Below, one piece after another: positions 53,855 through 64,000 of a stretch of DNA of 64,000 nt. How positions within the stretch are numbered: position 1 is the stretch's first letter; each line of letters starts with the position of its first letter. The notes under the pieces are model-generated. The model was given only the letters and a program-made list of their open reading frames with translations. It made no database searches and was not told the DNA's origin. The position numbers and the translations under genes were made by a program. The stretch is from contig OX597816.1 of NCBI GenBank assembly GCA_951406725.2, positions 29,078,001 to 29,142,000 of the forward strand. Direction: 5' to 3'. Origin of the DNA: Octopus vulgaris. Its lineage: Eukaryota.

Positions 53855-54363
53855 GGTGAGTGAGTGAGAGAGCAGTGCATGCCATCAAAGTGACACTGGG
53901 CTAAAGTATACGAAGCCCAGTTTACCCATCATGACTACCCGTCTGATAAGGGAATACTAGACACATGCATCACAACCATTTGTACGCAATCAGAATTTTC
54001 TTCAGATCGAGTAACCCATCCCGTTCAAAAGGTCTCTGAATAAGGGTTGTTTAAGGATTTTGAACGAAACAGCCATGTTTCCAGAAGTGAATTATTTAAA
54101 CCCCAAAGAATCCCTCTCAACACATGGCTATGATGCTCCCCCACTATTTCTGTTCGTGATCAAAGTTGCACATATCGTCAGCCACTAAGGGACATGCTCA
54201 ACTGGTTAAGGTCAAACAACTGACAAGCAAATCTGTGGTGTTGAGCAAAATATTTGCTGTAGCCCATCTTTTGTACCAAGACAAAACAACGTACATGATA
54301 ACACTTCCAATTAGTTAAGATCAGAAGCCACGAGAGCCACTGCCTGGTACTGCATCAGGGCAT
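53855..54363 (-). mobile_element. (TAA)n-associated non-coding retroposon, reference copy with both ends
   Basis: 5' ATGCCCTGATGCAGTACCAGGCAGTGGCTCTC...3' GGCATGCACTGCTCTCTCACTC followed by (AAT)n; (ATT)n on both plus-strand flanks; no long ORF. Confidence 0.85.
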
Positions 54364-54378
54364 CTATTATTATTATTA

Positions 54379-54431
<53 letters not shown>

Positions 54432-54447
54432 GTTGTTGTTGTTGTTA

Positions 54448-55670
54448 TAGACATTGCACATTATACAATATCGTGAGGTTGTTGATTGAAGATATTTATC
54501 TACCTTGAGTTTGTACTGTTTGTCAAGTCACAAAAAGAACCTCAGACAGACAGTACTTTACTTTTAGGTGTATGTTGGTACCAAGCCCTCGTAACCTCAT
54601 ATCCATACGTACGGCATCGTAGCCAGCTTGAGGTTTTTGGCCACTTTGTCGTGTCTACGCTTGTATTCTTTCTGCACAAGACTTTCACAATCACTTAGCA
54701 ATGTGAATCATGCTTTCGACCCTCTTCCCACACATTCTGCAGAGGTCCGATACACTTCAGTGGTATATAGTCTATCTCACTGAGTTGGTATTCAATACCT
54801 GGTCCTGGGCCGCGATGATTAGGCTTTCAGTATTCCTTTTTAGGTCACCCTTCAGGAGCCATCTCCATGATGCTCCTTGGTCTTTTAATTTGTTGACAAT
54901 TTCATACGGAGTAGAACTTCTTTTCTCTCGTTGGCTGTTCTTGTTCGGAATTCATGAGCACTCCCGAGTTCATTTTTGTTATCTCACTCTACACTAGCAG
55001 CATACTGTAGCAGGTCTTCTTTGCATAAATATTCTGCCATATATCTTATTTCAATGTTGATGCACTCCTGTACGCTAATCAGCCCACGCCTACCCTTACT
55101 TCCCTTCATGTATAGCCTGTGTAGATTTGCGTTAGGGTAGAGGGTAGCATGCATTGTCATTGTTTTTCGGGTTGTGCGATGGATTTTATCAATCTCCACT
55201 TGTGTCCATCTCAGGATGGGTGCACTATAGCGGATTACAGTGACAGTACATATGTTGATGGCATTTCCAAGGTTCCTTTAGTTGAGTTTTGGTTTCAAGA
55301 GAAGTTCGAGGCGCTTGAAATATGCAGTGATGACCTTGTCTTTCATTTCTCTATGCAAGATATTGACAAGCTCGAGGATCCTAAAATATTTGTACCCATC
55401 ATCATCCGGGTCTTCCATTCTCTCTCCGTTTGGCAATTTTATGTCCCTAAAATGTACTCTTTTACCCCTCTTCAAAGTAAGCCCCGCACACTTCGAGATA
55501 CCGAATCCCATTCCTATATTATTCCTGCACATTTGCACAGTCTCAACTAGTTTTTCCGTTTCAGGATCTGTTTTTTTCCGAACAGTTTTGAACCATCCAT
55601 GAAGAGAAGGTTGTTGAAACGAGGTCCGTTCTGTCTCAGCTCATATTGCACGTTGATTTTACGTGAGACT
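54448..55670 (-). mobile_element. R4/Dong-like LINE RT fragment
   Basis: NNLLFMDGSKLFGK (HLLYMDDLKL-like), IGMGFGISKCA, YKYFRILE, RLYMKGSKGRRGL, WLLKGDLKRNTESLIIAAQDQ; flanked by (TAA)n. Confidence 0.88.
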
Positions 55671-56045
<375 letters not shown>

Positions 56046-56200
56046 TAGTGGGAACGCAGTGCATGCCATCAAAGTGGTACAAATATACGAAAGCCCAACA
56101 TACACATCATGACTACCTTTCTTGTAAAGCTACGCTAGGCTCATGCATCACAACAATAAGTGCAAGATAAACCGCGCATGATTTTTCAGGTGGGCCCTGT
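56046..56200 (-). mobile_element. 3' fragment of the (TAA)n-associated retroposon
   Basis: GCAGTGCATGCCATCAAAGTG...CAGGTGGGCCC directly beside (ATT)n. Confidence 0.7.
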
Positions 56201-57369
56201 TTGCTGTACTTAGCTATTTTATCGTCAATTTCGCGAGCAGGCTGTTGACTTTATGAGATCAAATGGTACCCGCTTCGTTGTAACCGACACAGGGCCAGCT
56301 GTATGTGTTTGCATGTGTCCATGTTTGTTCTTCGACACTGTTAGATAACTAGGGTTGTCGCGTTTACTTCCCAGTAACAGCTATTTGCTGAAAGAGAACG
56401 ATGGTAATAAGTATGGTCGATTCTTTCGAGTAAAATTCCTGAAGTCGATATTCCAACATGGCTGTGCTCTAATGATCGGAGTCAGCAAAATATATTATAT
56501 GGGATTTCAGGTAAGTTAGAGTATAATTGCTTATTTCGCCTTTACATGTCGAATTCTAGATAAAAATTTAAGAGTGAATGGATAAAATAATAGAAAATAA
56601 TATGAAACATTTCTTTGTGTTTCTATGGTCGCTAATTTGATTTGTATAACGTGTCTCTCCAATGGCTGTTGAAGGTTTTCCTTGTCTGTTGCCATTTATA
56701 CGGTTTGTATATGTGAATATATGTGAGCGTGTATTCTGTTGATGTGTGTTTGATTGTGTATGAGTGCCTTTGTATGTATGTGTGTTGTGTGCATGTGTGT
56801 GTATGTGTGTGTGTGCACTTGCGTGTCTGTGTCAACCTGTTAAAAGGCATGTTCGTCAGTATCCCATTTTCTCTTGGAACGCTAATGTTTCGAGGCTTCT
56901 ATATTTGATTTCTAAGACAATGGCTATTGTGGTTGTTAGATTTCTCTGTCTAAGAACTTATTTAATCGTTTTCTGTGTCTCTGAGTCTGCTGAAATATGT
57001 TGACCTGTGTATTTATGTGTACGTGCTTTAACATTGTTATCGCGTAGTGGTTGGTGGTTGAAACAACTCTGCAGATTGCTAAACCAGTCGAGGTTAGTCT
57101 GACGTGGAATTAGAAAAAAAGTGCATTTTGTTGTGTTATTGACCTGTTTTAGGCAGGAAACTGATTGAATTAATGTATAGTTACTGAGAAAACAGTCAGA
57201 ACTTATCTTAATGGAGAAAATACGTTATAATTTAAAGGACAGGAATGTATCTTACTGCCTTTCCCAATTTTATGTAAAAGTTGCTAGTCTGACATTCTGG
57301 AATTTTAGGAGGTATTTTCAAATGTTAGGGTATCAATAAATTAAGTCTTTGTTTTTATTCGACGTTAGC

Positions 57370-57890
57370 ACAGGCTCTCGAGCATGACAACAGCAACGCA
57401 AGTTGGCGTCGTACTGTGTCGCCATTAGTGGGTCGCTGTCCACTGTCAATGATCTCGTGAGCTGTCGCGCTAACCGGAGTGCAGCGATCACGGAGGTGTT
57501 GCGGGTGGATGAAGCGTTCCGGCCTGAGCGTTATCACCCGGGACGACCTCTGCGTGCACGATTTACAGTGCTGTTGGTTTTGTAATGCTGTTACAGGCGA
57601 TAGATGGTGCTGGCAAGAACATTGTAAGCTGTCGAAGCAACCAGAGCACTCTACCCTGCTTGCAATCAGCCGATAGATTGTTCTCTGTGCGTTGCTGACA
57701 ATCGGGTCATACCGTATACGTCTAAATTACAAATGCTAGGAACGCGATTCAAGTTGATTTTTAATCCCATGACCTCTACGAGATGAACATACATTTCGGT
57801 TTTCATGACAATTGTTTGCAACAGCCACCCACGGCATTCAACGCAGCTACGTTTTGACGTTTCGCTTCAGGGAAAGTTGAAAGGTTACCT
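57370..57890 (-). mobile_element. Tc1-family transposase N-terminal fragment
   Basis: From ATG 57710: MTRLSATHREQSIG*LQAG*...STIYRL*QHYKTNSTVNRARRGRP, then QHLRDR..DTVRRQL (paired-like HTH with GRPR). Confidence 0.78.
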
Positions 57891-59088
57891 GCAATATCGG
57901 TCTTAGCCATTAACCAGAATGTCTTGGAATATTTACATTTACATTACCGAAATAAAAAATCAGAATTTACCATATAAATATGACATTTGAATAATTCACG
58001 TTTCTTTTGCGGTTCAGTGTAAATATGTCAATCTTATATCTATGATGTGTGGGGTTTTCGTGTCCATTTTTTTCATTATTTTCATACTATTAATAGTTTA
58101 TAGGTTGTTAGAACAGCGTGAGAAGCATATTCCGATTGAAACTGGCTGAAAAATTCTCTTTATGGCTGGTGATGAAAATTTTAGATATCGCGACCTATAT
58201 ATAAAATTTTGAGTTCCATATCTATAAATACATTTTTGATATTGCGATCTGTATATTTCCTGATTAGAGTACACAATCCAAAGTATTGCTTTTAAAGAAT
58301 CATTCGTATTGGATTGTGTTTGTATTTATGCTACTCAAAGATATTTTCACAACTGCAAGATGTCAATGGGATCTTCTATATTCTAACAAATCAGATATGT
58401 TGAGATTATAATGCAATGTAATCATCAGGTTCATTTCCCTACGTAGTTTGATTAAATATTTCTTGTAGTTATTGGTTTGAATTCAACATTTAATGATTAA
58501 TAAACAGATTCTCTGTATATTCCGTCGTGAATTATATCGGTAGAAAATATTTAAGATATATAATCCGATTAGAATCAATTTTTCTTAGGGGATTCTGCTT
58601 CAATGGGATAGGTATTATGTATTTTCGTCAAAGCCCAAAATTCTGGTATTCATGAGGTATATTAACATCTTTGAAGATGTAACTATTTACCTTAATAATA
58701 TAAGTGAAACGATGTATGTGTACATCAACTACACCATATTTGTTAATGTGGATCTGATTGTATAAGTATCATTATAACTGATCACTGTTGATTATATATG
58801 CCAAATATTGTTGCATTGGTTAATTTACCAGTAATTCTTTCTTGAAAATCGCTTGTCGCATTTATAGCATAAGAATTATTTACTCTATCATTTATGCCAA
58901 CAATTGAAGATTTCCTTTAGACTGATTTTTTTAGAATATGATATTTCATAGAGTGATTTTATAGAATAATTGGTTTTCACTAGATTATTGCTAGTGCTAT
59001 AGTTCATTTCGTGCGTGTTCTTCGATTTTCTTTAAGTTTTGAAGGCTCTTTATCATGTTCTCCCCATTTATTGGATATCTTTTATCAT

Positions 59089-59176
59089 TTACTTGAACTT
59101 TTCATTCTTCGCCATTTTGAAAATGTCATTTTCAAAAGTTTCACGTAGTTTCTTGGATAGTGGTTGACTTATAATC
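59089..59176 (-). CDS. Candidate host exon (RIISQPLSKKLRETFENDIFKMAKNEKFK*)
   Basis: Acceptor TACAG (alternative TTCAG 6 nt upstream), phase 2, compatible with 59514-59585; weak pyrimidine tract. Confidence 0.3.
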
Positions 59177-59513
59177 CTGTATCTGAATTTTGAATCGCTT
59201 AATATTTACTCGTTCTATTATTTCTTGCAAAGAAAAGCATTTTAATGTCTCAAGTTGAGTAAATTCGAGGAAAAGTTAACACATTTTTATTCTTATAGCT
59301 TTGAGAATAACATCCTACACTATAATTATTAATAATGTCAGTGTAAGCCCATTTTAGAAGCTTCTTGATTGCTTGCAAGAAAGCAATATACAGAAATTAA
59401 ATAGACTAGTTCATTCCTTCAGTTTAAAATCGCAAAATACAAACACGTTAGCAAACTCTAAGAGACAAGAAAATGTTTTGGACAGAGAAAGTTGTACACT
59501 ATGTATCAAATAC

Positions 59514-59585
59514 CTGGAACGAACTAATAGCATGATAATATTCCCACAAATACTAGAGCCAATGAAGAATACAGAGCTTAGAAGT
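59514..59585 (-). CDS. Candidate 72-bp host exon encoding a transmembrane-like segment (LLSSVFFIGSSICGNIIMLLVRS)
   Basis: Strong acceptor TTGCTTTTTTTTCAG, donor CAG|GTATTT, phase 2-2. Confidence 0.42.
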
Positions 59586-61129
59586 CTGAAAAAAAAGCAA
59601 TGAAACATATGGTAGCGTTCCAACGTAGACACTTAGATACACAGTTACACACACACAAATACTTTGTAGCAGAAAGAAACCCTACAATACACAAACAACT
59701 GTTAATGTATTTTCTGAAAGTCGATATCCAGGAACTTATTCAATATGCTTCACCTTCGGTTAGCTATGCAATCTTCTAAACATCTCCGGTTAAAAACCTG
59801 GTTGTCACAGTAGATCAGATAAATGGGTAAATAGGGATAGATATGCAGATCAATTATGATGACGGAGTTCTAAACTGGTTTTAAAATAAAAATGTAATTT
59901 TAAATTAAACAGACATATATAAAACATTCAAATTATGAAGTCATAAATGAAGGCCTCACTCCTTCCATTATATGATTTTCTTATAAACTTGAAGAACACA
60001 TCGGATGTTGAACAGAAAAGTATAGAGTCTAAGTAAACTTATATCGAAGATTAGTGCTCTTTGAAGCTTATTCATGTAAGTCAAATTTGTCCTTAAATCT
60101 TTCCTTGTCCCATCGTTTTTAACCAGTGTCTATAGCACAGAAAATATAAAGAAATGAAGATTTAAAGATATTTAACATATAGAACAATGTGGAATGATTG
60201 ACATTTTAATTTCCATTTAAATGTTCGCTATATAATATAATGACAAAGTCATTGCTATTCCAAGTAATCTTCATAATTGAATCGTTGTATGATTCGGCAC
60301 AAACCTACTTCACTTCGATTTCGACAAGATATACATTTCTTTCGAATAATCATGATGCAAAGTAGCTCTGATTGAACATTTTTGCGTTGCAGCAAGTAAT
60401 TTTCGTAGGAATTTATATCGTATGTTGTAATGTAATCCTATTGTTTGATTTGAAAGTTTGTAGATAAACATTGAGATATATTAAGGTATACACGAAATTG
60501 CTTTATGAAGAACCTGAAATCACAAACAATGCAACCATTGAAATGCGAGCAACCGACGTTAGCTTTGTTGTATTTCTCAAAATCTAATTAGGTTTGTATG
60601 AATCTTTTCAAAACTCTCAATTCCTTCCGTTAGGAAGTGATAACAGATATTGCAAAGCTAGATAGATTCTTTGTGTCTATTTGGAGATATGTCTATTATC
60701 TCACCCTATCTTTATATATTTAACAAATGATTGCTAATTAACTGTTAATACATAACCCAATGTTGCTTTGTTTTATATTTTTCTTCGTAACCTAATGCAC
60801 TCAACGACTATTTACGTGCATTTATACTTCATACATAGTTTCGTTCCTCTATTCTAAACGTTGCTTCTAATATCCTCAGCATCTAAAAACTATTTTCCAT
60901 AGAATTATTTTCTTTTAAATTGTTTTTGGTAACAACTTATTAATTCTTTGTTTCATATCATTACTATATTATCAGGAAACGGGTATTACTTTACTTATAA
61001 TACTAGATTTACTTTAGATTAGAAGAAAATAAATGGAAGCTGTTCTTTTAGTCGTTGAAATTTGTGTTATAATGAAGATTGGCTATTTATGAAACTTACC
61101 GTAAGTGGGCTTGTGACCTTGACGTGTGC

Positions 61130-62000
61130 GTGTGTGCATTTGTAGGTGTGTGGAGGATGGTGTGGGTGTTGGGAAGTGGTCAGTGCTAGTGTGCGCTAGG
61201 TGGTGTGATGTGGTGCGGGGTAGGAAAGGCGAGAGTGGGGAAGCAAAGGTGGGGTCTAATTTATGGGGTGGGGGTAGGATGGTATGTATAGCGATGGTGG
61301 GTTTGGAATGTGTAGGGGTAGGGTAACGAGGGAGGGGTGACGATGAAGGGAGTTGGTGGAATGGAGAAAATGGGTAGGAATGAAGAAATGATGTACGTGC
61401 CAGGGCAAAAGAGGAGATATGGGTGGGAGGAAATATGTGTGAGAGGAAGAGAGGATAGAAGAGGAGCGTTAGATGAAGAGGGGAGGAGAGTTGAGCCCTT
61501 GTGATGCAAAGGAGCGAAGAGAAAAGATTAATCCCTGCTCACGGCGAAGACGGGAATCCGTTTGGGCCCCTGTGCAAGGACAATCCGAACACACACAGGT
61601 GTTGTAGAGACTGAGCCATAGTGCGGAAATGGCCTGAGACCGGGATGTCATTGCCGAGTCTGATACCTCGGAGGTATTCCGTGAACCGGTCGGCTAAGTG
61701 GCGTCCCGTTTGACCGATGTATAGAAAGGGACAGAGAATGAGCTAGTGATGCAGTAGATGATGTTGTTAGAAGTTAAGTAGAAGGAGTCAGTGATATTAT
61801 AGGGTCGATGACGGGTGCCTGTGAGAAGGGTGGGGTTAGAGAGGTAAGGGCAGGTGCGGTAGCGAGGGCGGAATCAGGGGAACGAACCTGGTTGGGAGGT
61901 TGGGTTAGGGAAGAAGCTCTGGACCAAGAGGTCTCGTAGGTTATGGGCTCGTTTGCACGAGAGATCAGTTAGGGAAGATGTGCGAAGTGGAGGGGTCGGA
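61130..62000 (-). mobile_element. Penelope-like (Neptune-type) GIY-YIG endonuclease fragment with CT-rich 3' region
   Basis: RAHNLRDLLVQS..PGSFP*.RPRYRTCPY..ITDSFYLTSNNIIYCIT, then after a frameshift LYIGQTGRHLADRFTEYLRGI..PVSGHF. Confidence 0.88.
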
Positions 62001-62454
62001 CAGGAGTGGGTGGTAGGTGATGCAATTCGTAAAAGTCCGTCTTTTACAAAGATGTATAAAGGTTGATCAATTCTATATGCTACGCCTGACACATTGGGCG
62101 TTCGTCTGGTATGTTGATTTTTTTCATTTTTATATATCTTGAATTATGCTTCCACTAAGGATTAACAAGTGCATTTATGCACTAATTATTAAATCGTATA
62201 ATATGCAGCTTAATTCTGTTTTTAAGGGGCTCGCTTCGAGAGTTGCATTCCCTCGTATTCGGTACAACGTATTTATTTATTTTGGTAGTTTTGACTTTAA
62301 GAGTCCCTCCTAGCGTGTGGCATTTATGTATAGTTATGCCCTCAAAATAAATAAATATATTTAAGAGGAAAAATTGATAGATTTTTTCCCTTCTGAGGTT
62401 TATCACGCTAACTACTTGATAAATTCTAATAAGGTTTTTATCCAAAAATTAAAT

Positions 62455-62516
<62 letters not shown>

Positions 62517-62663
62517 TAAAACTACTCTTATGCAACTCAAACAGTGAGAGAAATAAAGCAATACATAAATAACAAATAATATATATTTTATAAATCATAT
62601 AACTTATAACTAGATCTCAAAAAGTACAAAATGAATGATCAATATATAATATAATAAGTAAAC

Positions 62664-62765
62664 AAACTACGTACGTTTCATGGCTACAATTAAATTCGAA
62701 TAATAATTAAGTTTAAATTCAATTGAAATAAATTCAATTTAAAATTATATTCAATCTTCAGGTTA
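62664..62765 (-). ncRNA. PLE-type minimal hammerhead motif with decayed stem II base
   Basis: AAC-CTGAAGA...AT-rich stem II...GAAAC-GTAC-GTA-GTT; palindromic ACGTACGT. Confidence 0.55.
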
Positions 62766-62944
62766 AAGATAATTGTTAAATAAATAAGCAAATAGAGTTA
62801 AACAATATTTATTTAAGAAATAAATAAAATAATAATTGTTCTTATAGAAAAAACTCCATTAACTAAATTGGAAACTTAAAATATTAGATTATTTCCTACA
62901 ACACGTTTATTATGTTAAATATTTAATTTTTATATATACATATA

Positions 62945-63056
62945 CATCCGACGAGGGATTCGTAGAAGACACTCGCACAAGGCGGCACGCAGTGGAATTG
63001 AAACCTGAACCATGATGTTGGGAAGCAAGCTTTTTATCGCACTAGCACGCCTACGC

Positions 63057-63058
<2 letters not shown>
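62945..63058 (-). mobile_element. SINE family B head fragment
   Basis: Matches 49680-49780. Confidence 0.7.
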
Positions 63059-63107
<49 letters not shown>

Positions 63108-63301
63108 GTGGGGGCAGATGTATTTATACATGAATTTTCATCGTTTGTTTTACACTCGTGGTTTTCTCTCTATTTAAAAGTACATAAGAACATATACTTT
63201 GTAGTTCTAGCCTAATTGGTTTTTATTGGTTTATTTGCATCACTATCTCTGTGTAAGTATTCAATAATATTTGTACACAAATATACATGTATATGTATAT
63301 A

Positions 63302-64000
63302 TTAGGCTGGCAACTAAGTCTCCACTATTTCTTTAAATTTAAATTTTTTAAAGGTTTAATAAAAAATGACAACTAATTAATCAATAATGTATTAACCCTT
63401 GTTGTTTACAACTTCCTCCCAACGTTCAACAAGATTTTTAATACCTCGTTGATAGAAATCACCCGATTTCGACTCGAAAAATTGATCTAACCAAGCTCTC
63501 AATCCTGCATCAGTATTTAACGAAACTACGCGCATAGCATTTGAAAAGGATTGAAAGAGGTGGAAATCCGTTGGTGCCAAACCAGGAGAGAACGGCGGGT
63601 GTGACAGCATTTCCTAGCCATGCATTTGAAGGCCTTTCTTGGTCATATTGGTGATATGAATGAGGGCGTTGTCGTGCAGCAGAACTCTATGCTGACGATT
63701 AGGAATTTTCTCTTGAATAGCCGTGTTGAGTGGTTTCATCTGTTGAAAACAGAATTCCTCGTTAACCATTTGGTTCCGTTCAAGCAAATCGTAATGGATA
63801 ATTCCGTCCCAGTCCAAACATACGCACAACATCGCTTCAAGCGGTTGAAGATCTTGTTTCACGCGCAGTGTCGCTTGTTTACTGGGTCTAAGCCATTCCT
63901 TGCGCTGCTTTATATTGATGTACAGGCACGATTATTCGCCGCCATTAACGATTCGGTTAAGAAATCGTTGCTTGTGTCCATGAATTGAGCGGTGACAAAT
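63302..64000 (-). mobile_element. Mariner transposon, 3' part (continues beyond the window)
   Basis: TIR TTAGGCTGGCAACTAAGT after TA; MLCVCLDWDGIIHYDLL, LLHDNA and HPPFSPGLAPTDFHLF motifs. Confidence 0.93.

Noticed and set aside
54290-54363. HDV-like ribozyme at the 5' end of the (TAA)n-associated element
   Set aside because: A P4-like hairpin exists, but no P1/P2/P3 nesting or catalytic C-N-R-A junction could be placed by eye
57355-57900. GC-richer stretch as a CpG island, exon or Gypsy remnant
   Set aside because: It translates on the minus strand as a stop-riddled Tc1 transposase N-terminus
58997-59101. ER-retention signal RNEL as evidence of an ER-resident protein
   Set aside because: It is out of frame with the candidate exon as the sequence stands; kept only as a conditional note

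Overview
AT-rich, microsatellite-saturated animal DNA, most likely cephalopod (Octopus-like). That assignment is inferred from the SINE families and repeat landscape and was not verified. No complete host gene is evident, and nearly all long ORFs in the supplied track are microsatellite translations or decayed transposon fragments. The window is a layered transposon graveyard: tRNA-derived SINEs with clean TSDs, mariner/Tc1/maT copies, hAT-type MITEs, a head-to-tail Helitron dimer, RTE, L1/Tx1, HERO-like and R4/Dong-like LINE fragments, and three Penelope-like (PLE) coding remnants. Two patterns stand out. (1) Type I hammerhead-ribozyme (HHR) motifs are dense: one apparently intact at 17515-17590, one nearly intact at 23501-23590, and several degenerate. 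They sit in short non-coding foldback elements next to (TA)n tracts. (2) There is a (TAA)n-targeted retroposon set: R4/Dong-like LINE fragments plus a ~500-bp non-coding, non-tRNA element. The latter occurs as at least 8 copies or fragments and is co-oriented with the AAT strand wherever an AAT tract flanks it. Together they form a chained array at 51.6-56.2 kb with a palindromic strand-switch point. A few isolated candidate host exons are reported at low confidence; the best is a phase-compatible, transmembrane-encoding pair at 59.1-59.6 kb on the minus strand.
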